Assembly (NCBI GenBank): GCA_964422585.1 | Contig: CAYRBH010000006.1 | Span: 1 to 59,332, forward strand | From: an uncultured Gammaproteobacteria bacterium | Lineage (GTDB): Bacteria > Patescibacteriota > Patescibacteriia > UBA1558 > 2-01-FULL-52-15 | Length of the DNA stretch: 59,332 bases | Reading direction: 5' to 3' | Shown here: positions 35,131 through 45,990 of the stretch, in pieces | How positions within the stretch are numbered: the first letter of the stretch is position 1 | Layout of the letters: every line of letters starts with the position of its first letter | Program-made: the position numbers and the translations under genes | The notes under the pieces: model-generated | Database searches by the model: none | What the model saw: the letters and a program-made list of their open reading frames with translations, nothing else | Told to the model about the DNA's origin: nothing

Positions 35131-35823
35131 ATGAAGCCTGGCGAAGAGATCCATGATAATGTATTAGGCACGACTCGCATCGAGGCGTTAAGCGACGGGA
35201 TTTTTGCCATTGTTATGACCCTGCTGGTGCTCGAAATACATGTGCCCGAACTTGGTCAAATAACGTCATCAACTGCCCTTATCCAGGCGCTTATTGCACT
35301 CGCGCCGAAATTCTTGAGCTACTGTATCAGCGTGGTTATTTTAGGATTATTCTGGATCGGACACCATTTGCAATTTTACTATATCAAACATTCGAATCGC
35401 ACCTTCCTCTGGATCAATATACTCTTCTTCGCTTCGATATCGCTCATACCATTCTCGGCGGCGCTGCTCGGCAACTACCCTCATGAGCAGATCTCGGTCA
35501 TCATCTATGGCATCAATCTAATCATCAGCGGCATACTGCTGGTCGCACTCTGGGTCTATGCGAATAACGGCCATCGGCTCGTGCATGATGATATCGATCA
35601 CCAACTAGTACGTTCAGCGTTCATCTATATGATGATGGGGCCTATCGCCTATGCTTGCTGCATTGCAATCTCATTCTGGAGCGTAACTGCCACGCTCTAT
35701 GTCTACGCGCTTATCCCGATACTCTATATACTTCCCTCGAAGCTCGATGCTTATTTACCTGGCTACGAGGAACAAAAAAAGACTAGTATTCTACGAAAGC
35801 TCTTTCAACGAAAATTTCGATAG
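35131..35823 (+). CDS. TMEM175/DUF1211 family potassium channel-like protein
   Basis: RIEALSDGIFAIVMTLLVLEI, FWIGHH, PF. Confidence 0.9.
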   Translation: MKPGEEIHDNVLGTTRIEALSDGIFAIVMTLLVLEIHVPELGQITSSTALIQALIALAPKFLSYCISVVILGLFWIGHHLQFYYIKHSNRTFLWINILFFASISLIPFSAALLGNYPHEQISVIIYGINLIISGILLVALWVYANNGHRLVHDDIDHQLVRSAFIYMMMGPIAYACCIAISFWSVTATLYVYALIPILYILPSKLDAYLPGYEEQKKTSILRKLFQRKFR

Positions 35824-35950
35824 AGTCAAAGACGTTTCCCTCGGAAGCCCTGCAATGTCAGGGCTTCTTCTTTTTGAACTAGTACTTGAGAAATTGCTGC
35901 CCGTGTTTATCTAAAGGTTTAATCACAGGTGTAAACACGAGAATAAAACA

Positions 35951-36715
35951 TCATAAGGTTGATGCGCCAAAAATACGCACGTCATCCAAATATCCTAAAA
36001 AATTAGCGCCACTTTCACCGCCTATGTATAAAGGAAAATTTGTATTTGCAGGAGGATTGGCAAAGCTGCTCATGTCTCGATTTACAATTAATTTACCATC
36101 TATATACGCCAGAACCTTTTGTTTAACCCAGTCATTTACTTGAACAATGTAATGCCATTTTGAATCAGTGATAGTTACTGATGGTGTGTCTTGCGAGCCG
36201 CCAGTATACCCATAGTTGTGGACTAAGGAGTTTGCTGAATCAAATCTCATATGATATTCTCCAAATTTAGATATAGCATAACGTATCACTCCAGCATCGC
36301 CTCGTTTTAACCATAGCGCGATAATTTTATATTGAGCACCATTATAGCCAAGCGCGTTTGAATTCCCTGCGTTAAAATATGACGATCCATCGAAGTAAAA
36401 ACAACCTCCATGAACACATGAGCTAGCGCTGATCCAGTTTTGATTACCTGTTAACGTTGCATCATTACCTGTTCCAGAACTGTCAGCAGCAGTCGTACCA
36501 GATGACTCATTAAATCTCCAGTCCCCGACAAGCTCTGAGCTATAGGATTGATTTATAGTGGCTTCGAAAGCTAGTGCACCTGCCATACGCGCTTTTTCTC
36601 GCGCAGCATTGAGATTTACCATAGCGATTGCTGCCAAAATACCGATGATGGCGATCACGACAAGTAATTCGATCAGTGTAAAACCTAAGTTTCGTTTAAT
36701 TTTTTTATGCCACAT
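35951..36715 (-). CDS. Type IV pilin-like protein with C-terminal LamG domain
   Basis: GFTLIELLVVIAIIGILA; W.FNE..G..AAD.SG, W..IV, GYLDDVRIF; AT-rich. Confidence 0.85.
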   Translation of the reverse strand: MWHKKIKRNLGFTLIELLVVIAIIGILAAIAMVNLNAAREKARMAGALAFEATINQSYSSELVGDWRFNESSGTTAADSSGTGNDATLTGNQNWISASSCVHGGCFYFDGSSYFNAGNSNALGYNGAQYKIIALWLKRGDAGVIRYAISKFGEYHMRFDSANSLVHNYGYTGGSQDTPSVTITDSKWHYIVQVNDWVKQKVLAYIDGKLIVNRDMSSFANPPANTNFPLYIGGESGANFLGYLDDVRIFGASTL

Positions 36716-36747
36716 TTCAAAAATATTGAAAAAACCTTATTATCGAC

Positions 36748-37542
36748 TCAATTCACGAACTGCTGTCCCCAGATGAAGGTTACAATGTAGATCGTGGGTA
36801 ACAATACGCAACTCGCATACCACGCTGCCGTGCCCCAGTGCTTATCCAGAGGCTCGATTACACGAATAAGTATCACGAATGCCAGAAACCAACCGACGAG
36901 AAGGCTGGTATGCGGCCATTCAGGATGTCCGAGCACCGCATGGTCACCCTGCTGATACCACGCAACCCACTTGTTCATATTCGTGATACCAAGATGCAGA
37001 GCGGTAAAGACTAATACTAAGCGGACGCCCCAATTCTGGAATTTCCACCAACGCTGTGGTCCGAGCTTGGCTTTTATCTTCGTACGCGAGCTGAGAAATA
37101 AAGCTGTCAGCATCAGAAGACCGGCTACTCCAAAGAGAGAAGGCCAGAATCGATCCGTGAGATAGGTTGTGATCGAAAAAGTATCTAAAAGAAAAAAGAA
37201 AGAGATCAGCGCATGAGCTACGGTTAACCAAAAGACCATTACACCCAGCTCTTTACGATACTGCACATACTTATCAAAGAGATTGAACATCCGCGATAGC
37301 GGTCCGAGAAGTAGTACGAAGCCCAACAGTATCGCAGCCGTATCAGCGAGCACCGTATTCACTGTCGCGAGGTTATATGAGCCACTGCGATAGAAGCTAT
37401 ACAAGGAAAAAAGGGTCGCGAAAGGAATAGCGACGAATACCGCCGTACCATACTGCTGGACCTGATACTTCCAATCAGTCGGCTTCACCGGCGGCAACGA
37501 TGGAGTGTGTTGGGTCACTGCTTGTATCTGTGCTGATTCCAT
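36748..37542 (-). CDS. Ferric reductase-like transmembrane (MsrQ-like) protein
   Basis: YRKELGV..F...AH, LFLSS, W...Q......LH. Confidence 0.75.
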   Translation of the reverse strand: MESAQIQAVTQHTPSLPPVKPTDWKYQVQQYGTAVFVAIPFATLFSLYSFYRSGSYNLATVNTVLADTAAILLGFVLLLGPLSRMFNLFDKYVQYRKELGVMVFWLTVAHALISFFFLLDTFSITTYLTDRFWPSLFGVAGLLMLTALFLSSRTKIKAKLGPQRWWKFQNWGVRLVLVFTALHLGITNMNKWVAWYQQGDHAVLGHPEWPHTSLLVGWFLAFVILIRVIEPLDKHWGTAAWYASCVLLPTIYIVTFIWGQQFVN

Positions 37543-37545
37543 GAC

Positions 37546-38115
37546 TTAGACCTCTGGTGGTTCTGCATGTTGCTCCGTATCGGGAACAACGACAGTTTTC
37601 TCGACATCCGATCGATGCAAAAGCTCTTCTTGTACTTGAGCCGCCAGGTCTTTATCAAGCACCGGTATCAGACCTTCGGATTCAACATGCGTATCTACAT
37701 CCTCAGTACCTGCTGTTAAGATCACTATTTTGCTGACACCGAGCAATCGATAGAGTATACCTCGTTCGATATCGACATTTTGCATCTGGCGATAGGGTAT
37801 AGCCGCGTTCTGTATATTCAGAATACCCGTGCGTATCTTCAAAGCATGCTCGTCGAGCATGAATGAAAAAGCCATATACTGGAATGCGCTCACCAAGAAC
37901 GAGCCTACGAATGTGGCCCCTGAGATCAGTATCAGCAACACTAGCAACTGATTCAGCGGCGCTACCATTGCCGCTGAGATAGGCACATAGTTGCTACCGA
38001 CGAGGATCAGTACAGCGAGTAGGACCGGACCGAATATGTACTGACTTTTCCTGAAAAAAATCATCCAATACGCTCTGATACCTAGACGCTGATAGACTCC
38101 TGGGGTGATAGGCAT
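37546..38115 (-). CDS. bPH_2 (DUF304/YdbS-like) membrane protein
   Basis: Two TM segments, then GIL......IPY..MQNV.I.RGIL.RLLG. Confidence 0.8.
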   Translation of the reverse strand: MPITPGVYQRLGIRAYWMIFFRKSQYIFGPVLLAVLILVGSNYVPISAAMVAPLNQLLVLLILISGATFVGSFLVSAFQYMAFSFMLDEHALKIRTGILNIQNAAIPYRQMQNVDIERGILYRLLGVSKIVILTAGTEDVDTHVESEGLIPVLDKDLAAQVQEELLHRSDVEKTVVVPDTEQHAEPPEV

Positions 38116-38197
38116 ATAGGGACAGTGTAGCAAATTCCGTGATATTCGCACAGAACGCTTGTGCTAATCACTGTCAAAAATGGTATACTATGAGTAT

Positions 38198-38305
38198 ATG
38201 AAAAAGATAACTGAAATAGTAGCATTTCTGTTCCTGACATCACTAGTGTTCTTCAGTGGACTTTTCTTCATCGCGATCTCTGTCGCGCTGCGTCAACATG
38301 GCTAA
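38198..38305 (+). CDS. 35-aa membrane micropeptide
   Basis: TATACT upstream; MKKITEIVAFLFLTSLVFFSGLFFIAISVALRQHG. Confidence 0.5.
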   Translation: MKKITEIVAFLFLTSLVFFSGLFFIAISVALRQHG

Positions 38306-38877
38306 TCTCGAATGATCTCTGAGCGCCGCAATGGCGCGCGGGCAGCATAGATCTTATGCTCAGTATCTTCGCTTTCGAGGATACTCCCGGTAAGCGGGAA
38401 ACGATGCGACAGGACTAAAGCTCCGGGCTTTAGTTCTTTTTCTAATTTCTGCACGAGACGGTCCATGGTAGTGGGCAGCAAATAGCAGGTCACTACATCA
38501 TAGGCCGAGAGATCTTCTTTGAAAAAATCGCCCGAGCGTATTGTTATATCCTTGACGCCCGCGCGCAAGATCCGTAGTCGTGACCAGAGCCGCAATGGCG
38601 CGACCCGTTCAATACCGACACCTTTGATGCGAGCATATTTTGCTGCTGCAATAAGGACCCTGCCGTCCCCAGAACCAAGATCGATCCAAAAATCTCCTTC
38701 CTTCGCTTGGGCCATCTCCACTATCCTCTCAATAACCGCCCTGCTCATAGGCACATACGGCGCATCAGAATTCAGAGCACGAAGTAATCCCCACAACCAA
38801 TAGAGATAGGCAGAAAAAATAATAATAAAAAGTATATCGATGACGATAGCAGTCGTGCTGTCCGTAATGAATGTCAT
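38302..38877 (-). CDS. Class I SAM-dependent methyltransferase with N-terminal TM
   Basis: APYVP, IDLGSGDGR, DFFKEDLS.YDVV.CYL. Confidence 0.85.
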   Translation of the reverse strand: MTFITDSTTAIVIDILFIIIFSAYLYWLWGLLRALNSDAPYVPMSRAVIERIVEMAQAKEGDFWIDLGSGDGRVLIAAAKYARIKGVGIERVAPLRLWSRLRILRAGVKDITIRSGDFFKEDLSAYDVVTCYLLPTTMDRLVQKLEKELKPGALVLSHRFPLTGSILESEDTEHKIYAARAPLRRSEIIRD

Positions 38878-38891
38878 TCTCCTAGAAAACG

Positions 38892-39458
38892 TTACTTCGA
38901 GAGTACGGACAAGCTGATAGGCGCGCCCTGCCTCTGTGCCAGATAATCATAGCCGGAAGTATCGACAGCACCTATAACCTTGCCGTTCCGCACTTGGATC
39001 CGCGCATCAACTTCAGGCTGACCCCAATAGTAGTACAGATCATAACAAGCACAGGGTGTGCCTTGCCTACAATCCGCCGTGCAGGCTGGCGATCCGCTCT
39101 TCAAATACTTAATAGGTACGTCGGGAAGCTTCTGAGTCTGACGTTGATGCAATAACCAGAACAAGTAGTCACGCTGAGTGTCCGTGAGATTGATATGCGG
39201 CGGGCATGCTCCCTGCGTAGCGATCGCCACGTTATGTTGCTTGGTCGCGACACAGGCATTCATGTAGGTGACGCCATCGACGCCACATACGGGATTATGT
39301 TCCTGATCACAGACGACCGCAGCAGTGTTGCCAGCTGCCACTTGCTGCTGTACTGCATGCGGGCGCTGCCATATCCAAATAACACAACCAAGAGCAATGC
39401 AGAGAGTTATGAGGATGAGTGTTCTATAGTATTTCATACCAGGATTCAAGTGTAACAA
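38892..39458 (-). CDS. Kazal-type domain membrane-anchored protein
   Basis: C...NPVCGVDGVTYMNAC...GAC; start may be 39437. Confidence 0.75.
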   Translation of the reverse strand: MLHLNPGMKYYRTLILITLCIALGCVIWIWQRPHAVQQQVAAGNTAAVVCDQEHNPVCGVDGVTYMNACVATKQHNVAIATQGACPPHINLTDTQRDYLFWLLHQRQTQKLPDVPIKYLKSGSPACTADCRQGTPCACYDLYYYWGQPEVDARIQVRNGKVIGAVDTSGYDYLAQRQGAPISLSVLSK

Positions 39459-39554
39459 GCAAAAAAATCTTGGTCAATCCAGGAGCGTGGGCAAAGGTAT
39501 CACCAAGCGCTCTAGGCTACCCAAAGGAAGTGTAACGCGTTATACTAAGTATAT

Positions 39555-40271
39555 ATGGGGTATATCTTCAATAAGACCAATTTCATCGTTATCATGGTTA
39601 TGATATTCCTGATAACCATGAGTATGAATGAGGTGCTGAAATACGCGCAGAGCGTGAACCTCACTAATCAAGCTGCTTACGCGCATTGGTTCACGAGCCA
39701 TAAAACAGTATTTGCAACCCAAGAGGAGTGCGAAAAAACCACCGCAGCTATCTGCGACTATGAAGAGTGCAATTATGTTCCCGTAGGCCAAACGCTCCAA
39801 CAGGTATGCGGATCAGATCTCACGAAAGGCTGGCGACCGACGGTAGTGCCTATCCCTGCGGCTTACCAACACATCACTACCCTTACCCTTTCGATCGGGC
39901 CAGCTAAGGAAAAGCAGCTCGTGATCATCGATCCGAATGCGCTCACGGTACGCTATGCTCCCGCCGGTAAAGATCCTACGACAGCTCAGGCAAAACCGAT
40001 CAAAGACCATGACTATACCCTACTCCTGAACAACCTGGTCTCCTATGAATTCCTTGGCACGGCCCAAGCTTTCGCAGCGAAGCAGCCAGTCGATCCGTTA
40101 CTCTCTTCCTATAGTATCGCCCTCACCTCAGAGGCGACCACGACCGAGGGCAGCACTGCAAACACCTATACAGTAAGCTGTCTACCGGCTGATTGTCCGC
40201 GAACGATACTCGACTTGAAAAGTGACATCGCCGATCTCTGGGGTGAGCCGATCACTGAACCAGCAAATTAA
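39555..40271 (+). CDS. Hypothetical exported protein
   Basis: 238 aa, N-terminal hydrophobic helix. Confidence 0.7.
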   Translation: MGYIFNKTNFIVIMVMIFLITMSMNEVLKYAQSVNLTNQAAYAHWFTSHKTVFATQEECEKTTAAICDYEECNYVPVGQTLQQVCGSDLTKGWRPTVVPIPAAYQHITTLTLSIGPAKEKQLVIIDPNALTVRYAPAGKDPTTAQAKPIKDHDYTLLLNNLVSYEFLGTAQAFAAKQPVDPLLSSYSIALTSEATTTEGSTANTYTVSCLPADCPRTILDLKSDIADLWGEPITEPAN

Positions 40272-40272
40272 C

Positions 40273-41331
40273 TCATTTGTTCGTGAGCGAATGCATCACG
40301 CTCTCGAGCTTACGGAATAGGATAGTATTATCAAAATGGATCCTCGCGGGACTTTCCGCAAGTTTTTTTGTTTCATGTAGAAATGTGTTCAATACGGTGC
40401 CGGTTAGTTTCGGCGCGGAAAGTCCGAGCCCGAGCTGCGTGAGCAGCATGCTGTTCAGCTTCTGTTCGAAATGGTTCGCTATCGGGATCGAGAGTATCGG
40501 TTTCTGAAAATATAATGCTTCGGTGATGACATTGAAGCCTCCGTTGGTAATGACAGCCTTCGCAGAAGCAAGGTCAGCGATGAACGCGTCCTCATTGAAT
40601 GGCTTACAGATGATATTCTTGCTGATGCTCCGATGCTGGCTGTTATACACGTGGTAATTCTGTTTCGTCTGTGCGAGCAGCGGCAATAATTTCGAATAAC
40701 TGTCCGCCGTCTGATAGACCAGTATATACTCGCCCTGCGAGGGAGCTTGTCGCAGCACCTTTGAGCGCAACAGCGGCGGCACAAAAAACACCTGTTTCTT
40801 TCTATGCTTGTTCAGGAGCATTTCCGGCTCGAATGTGGTAATAAAATAAAAATCAGCATGCGGCACCATCATCTTTGCGACCAATACATTCAACTCATAA
40901 TCAACAAAATCCTTGGCTTCTGTCTTGACGGTCGTATAGTTCAGCAACTGGATATTATCGATACTGATGATCGGCACCTTATACAGGCTCGACACTATCT
41001 GACCATGCATATCGAAATCAGTGATGACCAGGTCCGGTTGCGTCGTGGCAAGCGACCGGCGTATCGTCTGCATATCCTTTCGCAGATCGCTCAGATTGTT
41101 CATGAAGCGAAAAGCCGTACGCATACGGTCTACCTTATTCTCCCGATACACCATATGGAATCCCATCACCTCAGCGACGGATCCGAATTTCTCACGCAAG
41201 AAACGGACCGGCTGTACGCCGGCGCTGAAGATGGTCACCGTATGACCCTTGCTGAGCAAATAATCAATGACGACGCTGCTCCGGGAAGCATGTCCCATGC
41301 CCTCCCCGTTGATCGTGTACACTATGTTCAT
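40273..41331 (-). CDS. MJ1255/VC2487-like (GT28-related) glycosyltransferase
   Basis: GEGMGHASRS, DLVITDFD, SIDN, VITNGGF..I.EAL...KP. Confidence 0.85.
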   Translation of the reverse strand: MNIVYTINGEGMGHASRSSVVIDYLLSKGHTVTIFSAGVQPVRFLREKFGSVAEVMGFHMVYRENKVDRMRTAFRFMNNLSDLRKDMQTIRRSLATTQPDLVITDFDMHGQIVSSLYKVPIISIDNIQLLNYTTVKTEAKDFVDYELNVLVAKMMVPHADFYFITTFEPEMLLNKHRKKQVFFVPPLLRSKVLRQAPSQGEYILVYQTADSYSKLLPLLAQTKQNYHVYNSQHRSISKNIICKPFNEDAFIADLASAKAVITNGGFNVITEALYFQKPILSIPIANHFEQKLNSMLLTQLGLGLSAPKLTGTVLNTFLHETKKLAESPARIHFDNTILFRKLESVMHSLTNK

Positions 41332-41864
41332 AGCGAAGCCCCTGGCATGGTACCGGTATAGCAGGTACGGCCATCTCGATACTGGCATTGACGATTGCGG
41401 CAGACGATCGGATTAGGAGCACCATTCGTTTCCATTACTGCGCTATCAGCGCATCCTCCGGAACAATCATTCTGCGCGGCGCCTGCTTTTTCATAGTATG
41501 CCATACTGACCGGACCCTCATAGCATGAAACCGTGCAGTCACTGTCTTGCTCGCAGAATTTAGCCTGTGAGAAATGTTGCGAGCCTTTGAGGTAATAGCA
41601 CATACTCTTCAGACAAATACACGCTTCTCCGCTGCCAAGCGACGTACCTCCGGCACATACGCTTGCACAATCGCTATTCGAGCTACAGGCAACCTGTGTG
41701 TTCTCGAGATAGAAATCTTTGGCGATGGTCTTGGCGAAGCTTACCCGTAAAGTATTCCATAGATACCCATATAGACCCAGCACGCCCGAAAGAACCACGA
41801 TGAACAGTATCATCGTGTATACCACTTTTAGAAATATCGGTTTCTTTTTTGGAAGCAATTCCAT
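41328..41864 (-). CDS. Cys-rich membrane-anchored protein
   Basis: TM helix followed by two C..D.DC-type repeats. Confidence 0.7.
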   Translation of the reverse strand: MELLPKKKPIFLKVVYTMILFIVVLSGVLGLYGYLWNTLRVSFAKTIAKDFYLENTQVACSSNSDCASVCAGGTSLGSGEACICLKSMCYYLKGSQHFSQAKFCEQDSDCTVSCYEGPVSMAYYEKAGAAQNDCSGGCADSAVMETNGAPNPIVCRNRQCQYRDGRTCYTGTMPGASL

Positions 41865-41921
41865 ACATGCAGTATAACAAAAAAAGTCCTTTGCGGACAC
41901 CAGAACACCGGCTCATGTCAG

Positions 41922-41995
41922 TGGAGCGGGTAACGGGACTCGAACCCGTCTCTCAACCTTGGGAAGGTCGCATAATACCCCTATACTATACCCGC
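41922..41995 (-). tRNA. tRNA-Gly(CCC)
   Basis: Cloverleaf, loop TTCCCAA, encoded CCA. Confidence 0.92.
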
Positions 41996-42113
41996 CTGCG
42001 CTGCCTCGCGGATATACCCCGCGAGCACCTGCAATACTACACAACTCCCCACGCTTTGCCAAATAGCATGAGCAGAGCTATACTCACGACATATAAACAG
42101 TAATTACATTTCT

Positions 42114-42473
42114 ATGGCAGACCAAGACCCGCTCTCGAAGCTCGGCCCTCAGAATCTCGGGTATGGACACAGCGGCAGTAAGCCCTTCAATGCGAACAAC
42201 TCAGTGAACTACAGCGAGAATGCCCATCGCTTGATCACGAAAATACTTGCCGAGCATAGCACTGAAACATCGAACCTAACCCGAGAAAATCTTGAATGCA
42301 TCATGGGACATATCGGTGACATCGTGAGCCAGAAAGTCGATAAGTACTCGCCGCTGGATCGTTATGACAAGGAACATTTCCTGCATGCGCTCGAGCAGGA
42401 GCGGCTACATGGCAAGCTGTCGCCGGATGATATCAAACACGCGTGGCAGATCTGGGATAATTTCGCAAAATGA
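42114..42473 (+). CDS. Hypothetical protein
   Basis: 119-aa ORF with host-like composition. Confidence 0.65.
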   Translation: MADQDPLSKLGPQNLGYGHSGSKPFNANNSVNYSENAHRLITKILAEHSTETSNLTRENLECIMGHIGDIVSQKVDKYSPLDRYDKEHFLHALEQERLHGKLSPDDIKHAWQIWDNFAK

Positions 42474-42566
42474 CAAATTGACACTAGGCCCGGTCCGGGC
42501 TAAGCTTGCATTTCAAAAGCGCGTACCTTCAACTCACTCAGCCTCAGGGCTGATCAAGGAGCTCCT

Positions 42567-42860
42567 ATGGACGATGCCGCCGAGAGTCCGGAGCAGAGAC
42601 TGCTCCGACAGCTGCTTGATCCCAGAAATCGCTGCCCCGGCTGCAGCAAACCGCTGCTGCGCTACTCCCGCCACTGTCCTGAATGTGGATCAGCCAACCA
42701 GAACTTTGACCTTGCCGAGTTCGTCAAAATGAACAATATCTCCCTGGAAGAAGGACTCATCCTCTGCGACTCTGGCCAGCATAGTCTGTTCGGCGAACCG
42801 GCCGAGGGCATCGCCTTTCTGCCGTACTGTGAACATTGCGGCAGGAATATGGCCAACTGA
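42567..42860 (+). CDS. Orphan zinc-ribbon protein in a self-contained unit
   Basis: CPGC, CPEC and CEHC motifs; TTGACA-17-TAAGCT at 42478-42506; AAGGAG SD; terminator 42877-42916. Confidence 0.7.
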   Translation: MDDAAESPEQRLLRQLLDPRNRCPGCSKPLLRYSRHCPECGSANQNFDLAEFVKMNNISLEEGLILCDSGQHSLFGEPAEGIAFLPYCEHCGRNMAN

Positions 42861-42923
42861 GATGAGTGAGAATGTCAGTAACCGCCCGTCACAACGATGA
42901 GGCGGTTACTTTTTTGTAGATTT

Positions 42924-43346
42924 TTAGGCTAACTGCGATGTGCAGTGAGGGCAACGCGTTGCCTTTACTGAGATGGTCGACTGACAAAAATTGCATTCTT
43001 TGGTCGTGGGCATAGGTTCCGGCGTCTGCTTTTTCATTTTGTTCATTGCCTTGATAACAATGAATATTGTAAAAGCAACGATCAGAAAATCGATGATATT
43101 ATTGAGGAAGACGCCCCAGTTCAGAGCGACCTCTGGCTTTTTGGTAGCTATATCTGCCGCTTGCAACACCCATTTCTTATCGGCGAAATCAACACCCCCC
43201 ATCAGGAATCCAAGCGGCGGCATAATGACGTCATTAACCAGCGAAGTCACTATCTTGCCGAATGCAGCGCCAATGACGACACCGATGGCCAGATCAACTA
43301 CATTTCCGTGCATCGCGAACTCTTTGAATTCTTTGAGTATTTTCAT
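42924..43346 (-). CDS. mscL: Large-conductance mechanosensitive channel with C-terminal zinc ribbon
   Basis: [33 protein letters not shown]; CNFC...CPHC tail. Confidence 0.95.
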   Translation of the reverse strand: MKILKEFKEFAMHGNVVDLAIGVVIGAAFGKIVTSLVNDVIMPPLGFLMGGVDFADKKWVLQAADIATKKPEVALNWGVFLNNIIDFLIVAFTIFIVIKAMNKMKKQTPEPMPTTKECNFCQSTISVKATRCPHCTSQLA

Positions 43347-43445
43347 AAAAATTGGCTAATTATTGAGATATTATTAATTGTATATCTTATAGAGAATATA
43401 ACAATACTTTCTATTTTTGTGTAGTTATTATATTGCATCTATTTC

Positions 43446-43519
43446 GCTAACATTAGCTATATTAATTGACAAGTTATCGTTTTTTTGCTATAATTACTCT
43501 ACTAATAGCTAATATTAGC
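43446..43519 (+). promoter_or_regulatory. sigma70 promoter flanked by GCTAA(C/T)ATTAGC palindromes
   Basis: Palindromes at 43446-43457 and 43508-43519; TTGACA-17-TATAAT from 43466. Confidence 0.7.
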
Positions 43520-43529
43520 AAAAATAAAA

Positions 43530-45785
43530 ATGAAACATCAATATAGTTTTGGGCAGGTGCTCAGCACATCGACGCTTCTTGTCTTTGCGCTCAGCTTCAA
43601 TGCCTTCAATATACAGGCCAGTGAACAAAACGCTTTCGATGGAGGCGATTTTTTATATACTAGCTCCCACACTACTATCATCAAGAATCCAATAGCAATA
43701 AACACCCTAAGGGGCTTAAAGACTGTAAAAAAGATTCAAGTGAAAGGATATGCCGTATCTGCAAGCACCACTGTCACTGATCCCAGCATTAAAAATCTCC
43801 AAGTGAGTAATCCTCCGTTAACCGATCCCCTGCCTTCTCCTGTAAACCCAACTACGACACCGACATCGACCCCGTCGATTACCATTACATCACCGAATGG
43901 CGGTGAAGCCTGGACAGTGGGCTCAACTCATACGATAACTTGGAACAGCACCGGCATTCCTGCAGATTTTAACGGAATTGTCTCACTCGACCTCTATAGA
44001 GACAATGCCCCGCTGCTCGCAATGAATGTTCAAATCCCAGGAAACCCAGGATCATACACCTTAACGCTTCTAAATTCCTTAGTCACAGGCAGCGACTATC
44101 GTATGCGAGTGACCACCTGCATGACCGGCCCTACCGATGGGTATATGTGTTATGGCAACCCTTACTATGCGACTGATGCAAGTGATCAAACATTTACGAT
44201 TAACGGCGTGGAACCCAATGATCTAGCTATTACTTCTATTGAGGCAACATCGATTGGCCTTAAATTCCAATTCTGCAATAACGGGCCGCAGCTCAATTCA
44301 TTCCCTGTTCGAATCTATGTCGACGGCACCTCTCGCGACTTCGACCTAGCAGACATGAAAACTGCGCATTATTGTGGCGCTCATACCTGGACCTACGGAG
44401 TGTTTGCTATGACTCCAGTGACGGGAAGCACTCACCATGTTGCTGTAGTAGTTAATGGTAATGGCACTATCAGCGAAACGAATCTTCAAAACAATCATCT
44501 CGAACAACAAGTAACCCTGCCCTCAGGAGTCACCTTGCCTGACTTCATTGTGACTGATCTAAAAATAGATCAACGCACTGGCGACACCGGTAAATATATT
44601 TACATTACTTTAAGGAATATAGGGGCCACCGATCCGGTCAACGGCCACATCTTAAGCGTAAAGGTTGAGGACCTAGATACTGGGGATGTCTATTACGCTG
44701 GTGTCACCGAGCCATATCCGAGCGGCTGGACCAAAGAAATCCCGACCGGAACCATGATTATTCCGAAGACTTCTGGTATATACCGATTAAAGGCAACGGC
44801 TGATAATGTGCAAATTATCCAGGAGGCGAACGAAAATAATAACACCTTCACAAAGACAGTCACAATCAATACGAGCAGCGCTCAATGCGCAGGCCCAGGT
44901 CTCCAGGCAGATGTGTACGGCGGGCCGAACCATGTCTGCTGCGACGGGTTAGTGTTGCAAGGCGGACTCTGTAATGTACCATCGACCACAGGCACAGCCC
45001 CGTCGACAACTGAATGCCTTGCCCCATACCATGTGCTCACTTCCGATAATCGTTGTGTCTGGTCCTGCAGCGAGGGAACTCAACCAAGCAATGTCGCTCC
45101 CTATGACTGTGTCTGCAAGCCTGGGCTTACACAAACAGGAACTGACGAATTCGGACGAGCTATCTGCACTGGTAACGAATCAGCAACCTCGACACCTCCA
45201 ACCCTGCCGATCAGCGTGCATCCAACTCCGATCAATGGTAAACCCCCATCTGGTATAACGACCGTGACCGATCAAAATGTGTATATACAAAAACTGCTTG
45301 ATCGTATCGCTCAGCTCGAATACCGCGTCTCTGACCTCGAAAAAAGCGTCATTGAGCGCGCGCAGCAAAGCGAGACTACCGTGAATAAAACATTAACCAA
45401 AAATTTGAAAGGGAAAATGTTACTGCAGGTAGAGCAAAATGGCGAAGTCTGGTTCATTGGCTATGATGGCAAGAAATACTACTTGGCCAACGGGGACACT
45501 GCCTATCAGATCCTCAGCGCATTCGGTACCGGCATCACTGAAACTGACTTTGCCAAGCTCAGCGAGACTACTCCTACAGCCTTCGGAAAAGAACATGTAG
45601 GTCAGATATTCCTACGCGTTCAAAGCCATGGCGAAGCATACTATATCGCACCTGATGGCACAGCTGTATATCTGAAGGATGGCGACGCGGCTTATCAGGT
45701 AATGAAAAAGTATTCCCTAGGAGCGACTGATAACACCTTATCGCAGCTCCAGACTGGAAACCTTGATACCAGCGCTACAGACTAA
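43530..45785 (+). CDS. Large secreted/surface protein (Ig/CARDB-like and Cys-rich modules, duplicated C-terminal repeat)
   Basis: Signal peptide, ITITSPNGGE, LPDFIV...I.E.NE.NN, LLQVE..GE.W/Y repeats. Confidence 0.8.
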   Translation: MKHQYSFGQVLSTSTLLVFALSFNAFNIQASEQNAFDGGDFLYTSSHTTIIKNPIAINTLRGLKTVKKIQVKGYAVSASTTVTDPSIKNLQVSNPPLTDPLPSPVNPTTTPTSTPSITITSPNGGEAWTVGSTHTITWNSTGIPADFNGIVSLDLYRDNAPLLAMNVQIPGNPGSYTLTLLNSLVTGSDYRMRVTTCMTGPTDGYMCYGNPYYATDASDQTFTINGVEPNDLAITSIEATSIGLKFQFCNNGPQLNSFPVRIYVDGTSRDFDLADMKTAHYCGAHTWTYGVFAMTPVTGSTHHVAVVVNGNGTISETNLQNNHLEQQVTLPSGVTLPDFIVTDLKIDQRTGDTGKYIYITLRNIGATDPVNGHILSVKVEDLDTGDVYYAGVTEPYPSGWTKEIPTGTMIIPKTSGIYRLKATADNVQIIQEANENNNTFTKTVTINTSSAQCAGPGLQADVYGGPNHVCCDGLVLQGGLCNVPSTTGTAPSTTECLAPYHVLTSDNRCVWSCSEGTQPSNVAPYDCVCKPGLTQTGTDEFGRAICTGNESATSTPPTLPISVHPTPINGKPPSGITTVTDQNVYIQKLLDRIAQLEYRVSDLEKSVIERAQQSETTVNKTLTKNLKGKMLLQVEQNGEVWFIGYDGKKYYLANGDTAYQILSAFGTGITETDFAKLSETTPTAFGKEHVGQIFLRVQSHGEAYYIAPDGTAVYLKDGDAAYQVMKKYSLGATDNTLSQLQTGNLDTSATD

Positions 45786-45863
45786 GCAAGAACATCCCTT
45801 GCGAACAACCGCCCCAACCATGCATCGGGGCGGTTGTTTTAGTTAGAATAAATAGATAATTTT

Positions 45864-45978
45864 GCTAATGTTAGATAAAATTAAAATTTACTTTTTTTAT
45901 TTATTGCTAATATTAGCCCTATAATTGACTCAATCAAAAATATGTGCTATAATTATTCTATTAATAGCTATACTTAGC
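45864..45978 (+). promoter_or_regulatory. Second copy of the promoter/operator module
   Basis: Palindrome variants at 45864, 45906 and 45967; TTGACT-17-TATAAT from 45925. Confidence 0.7.
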
Positions 45979-45990
45979 TAAAAAACAAAA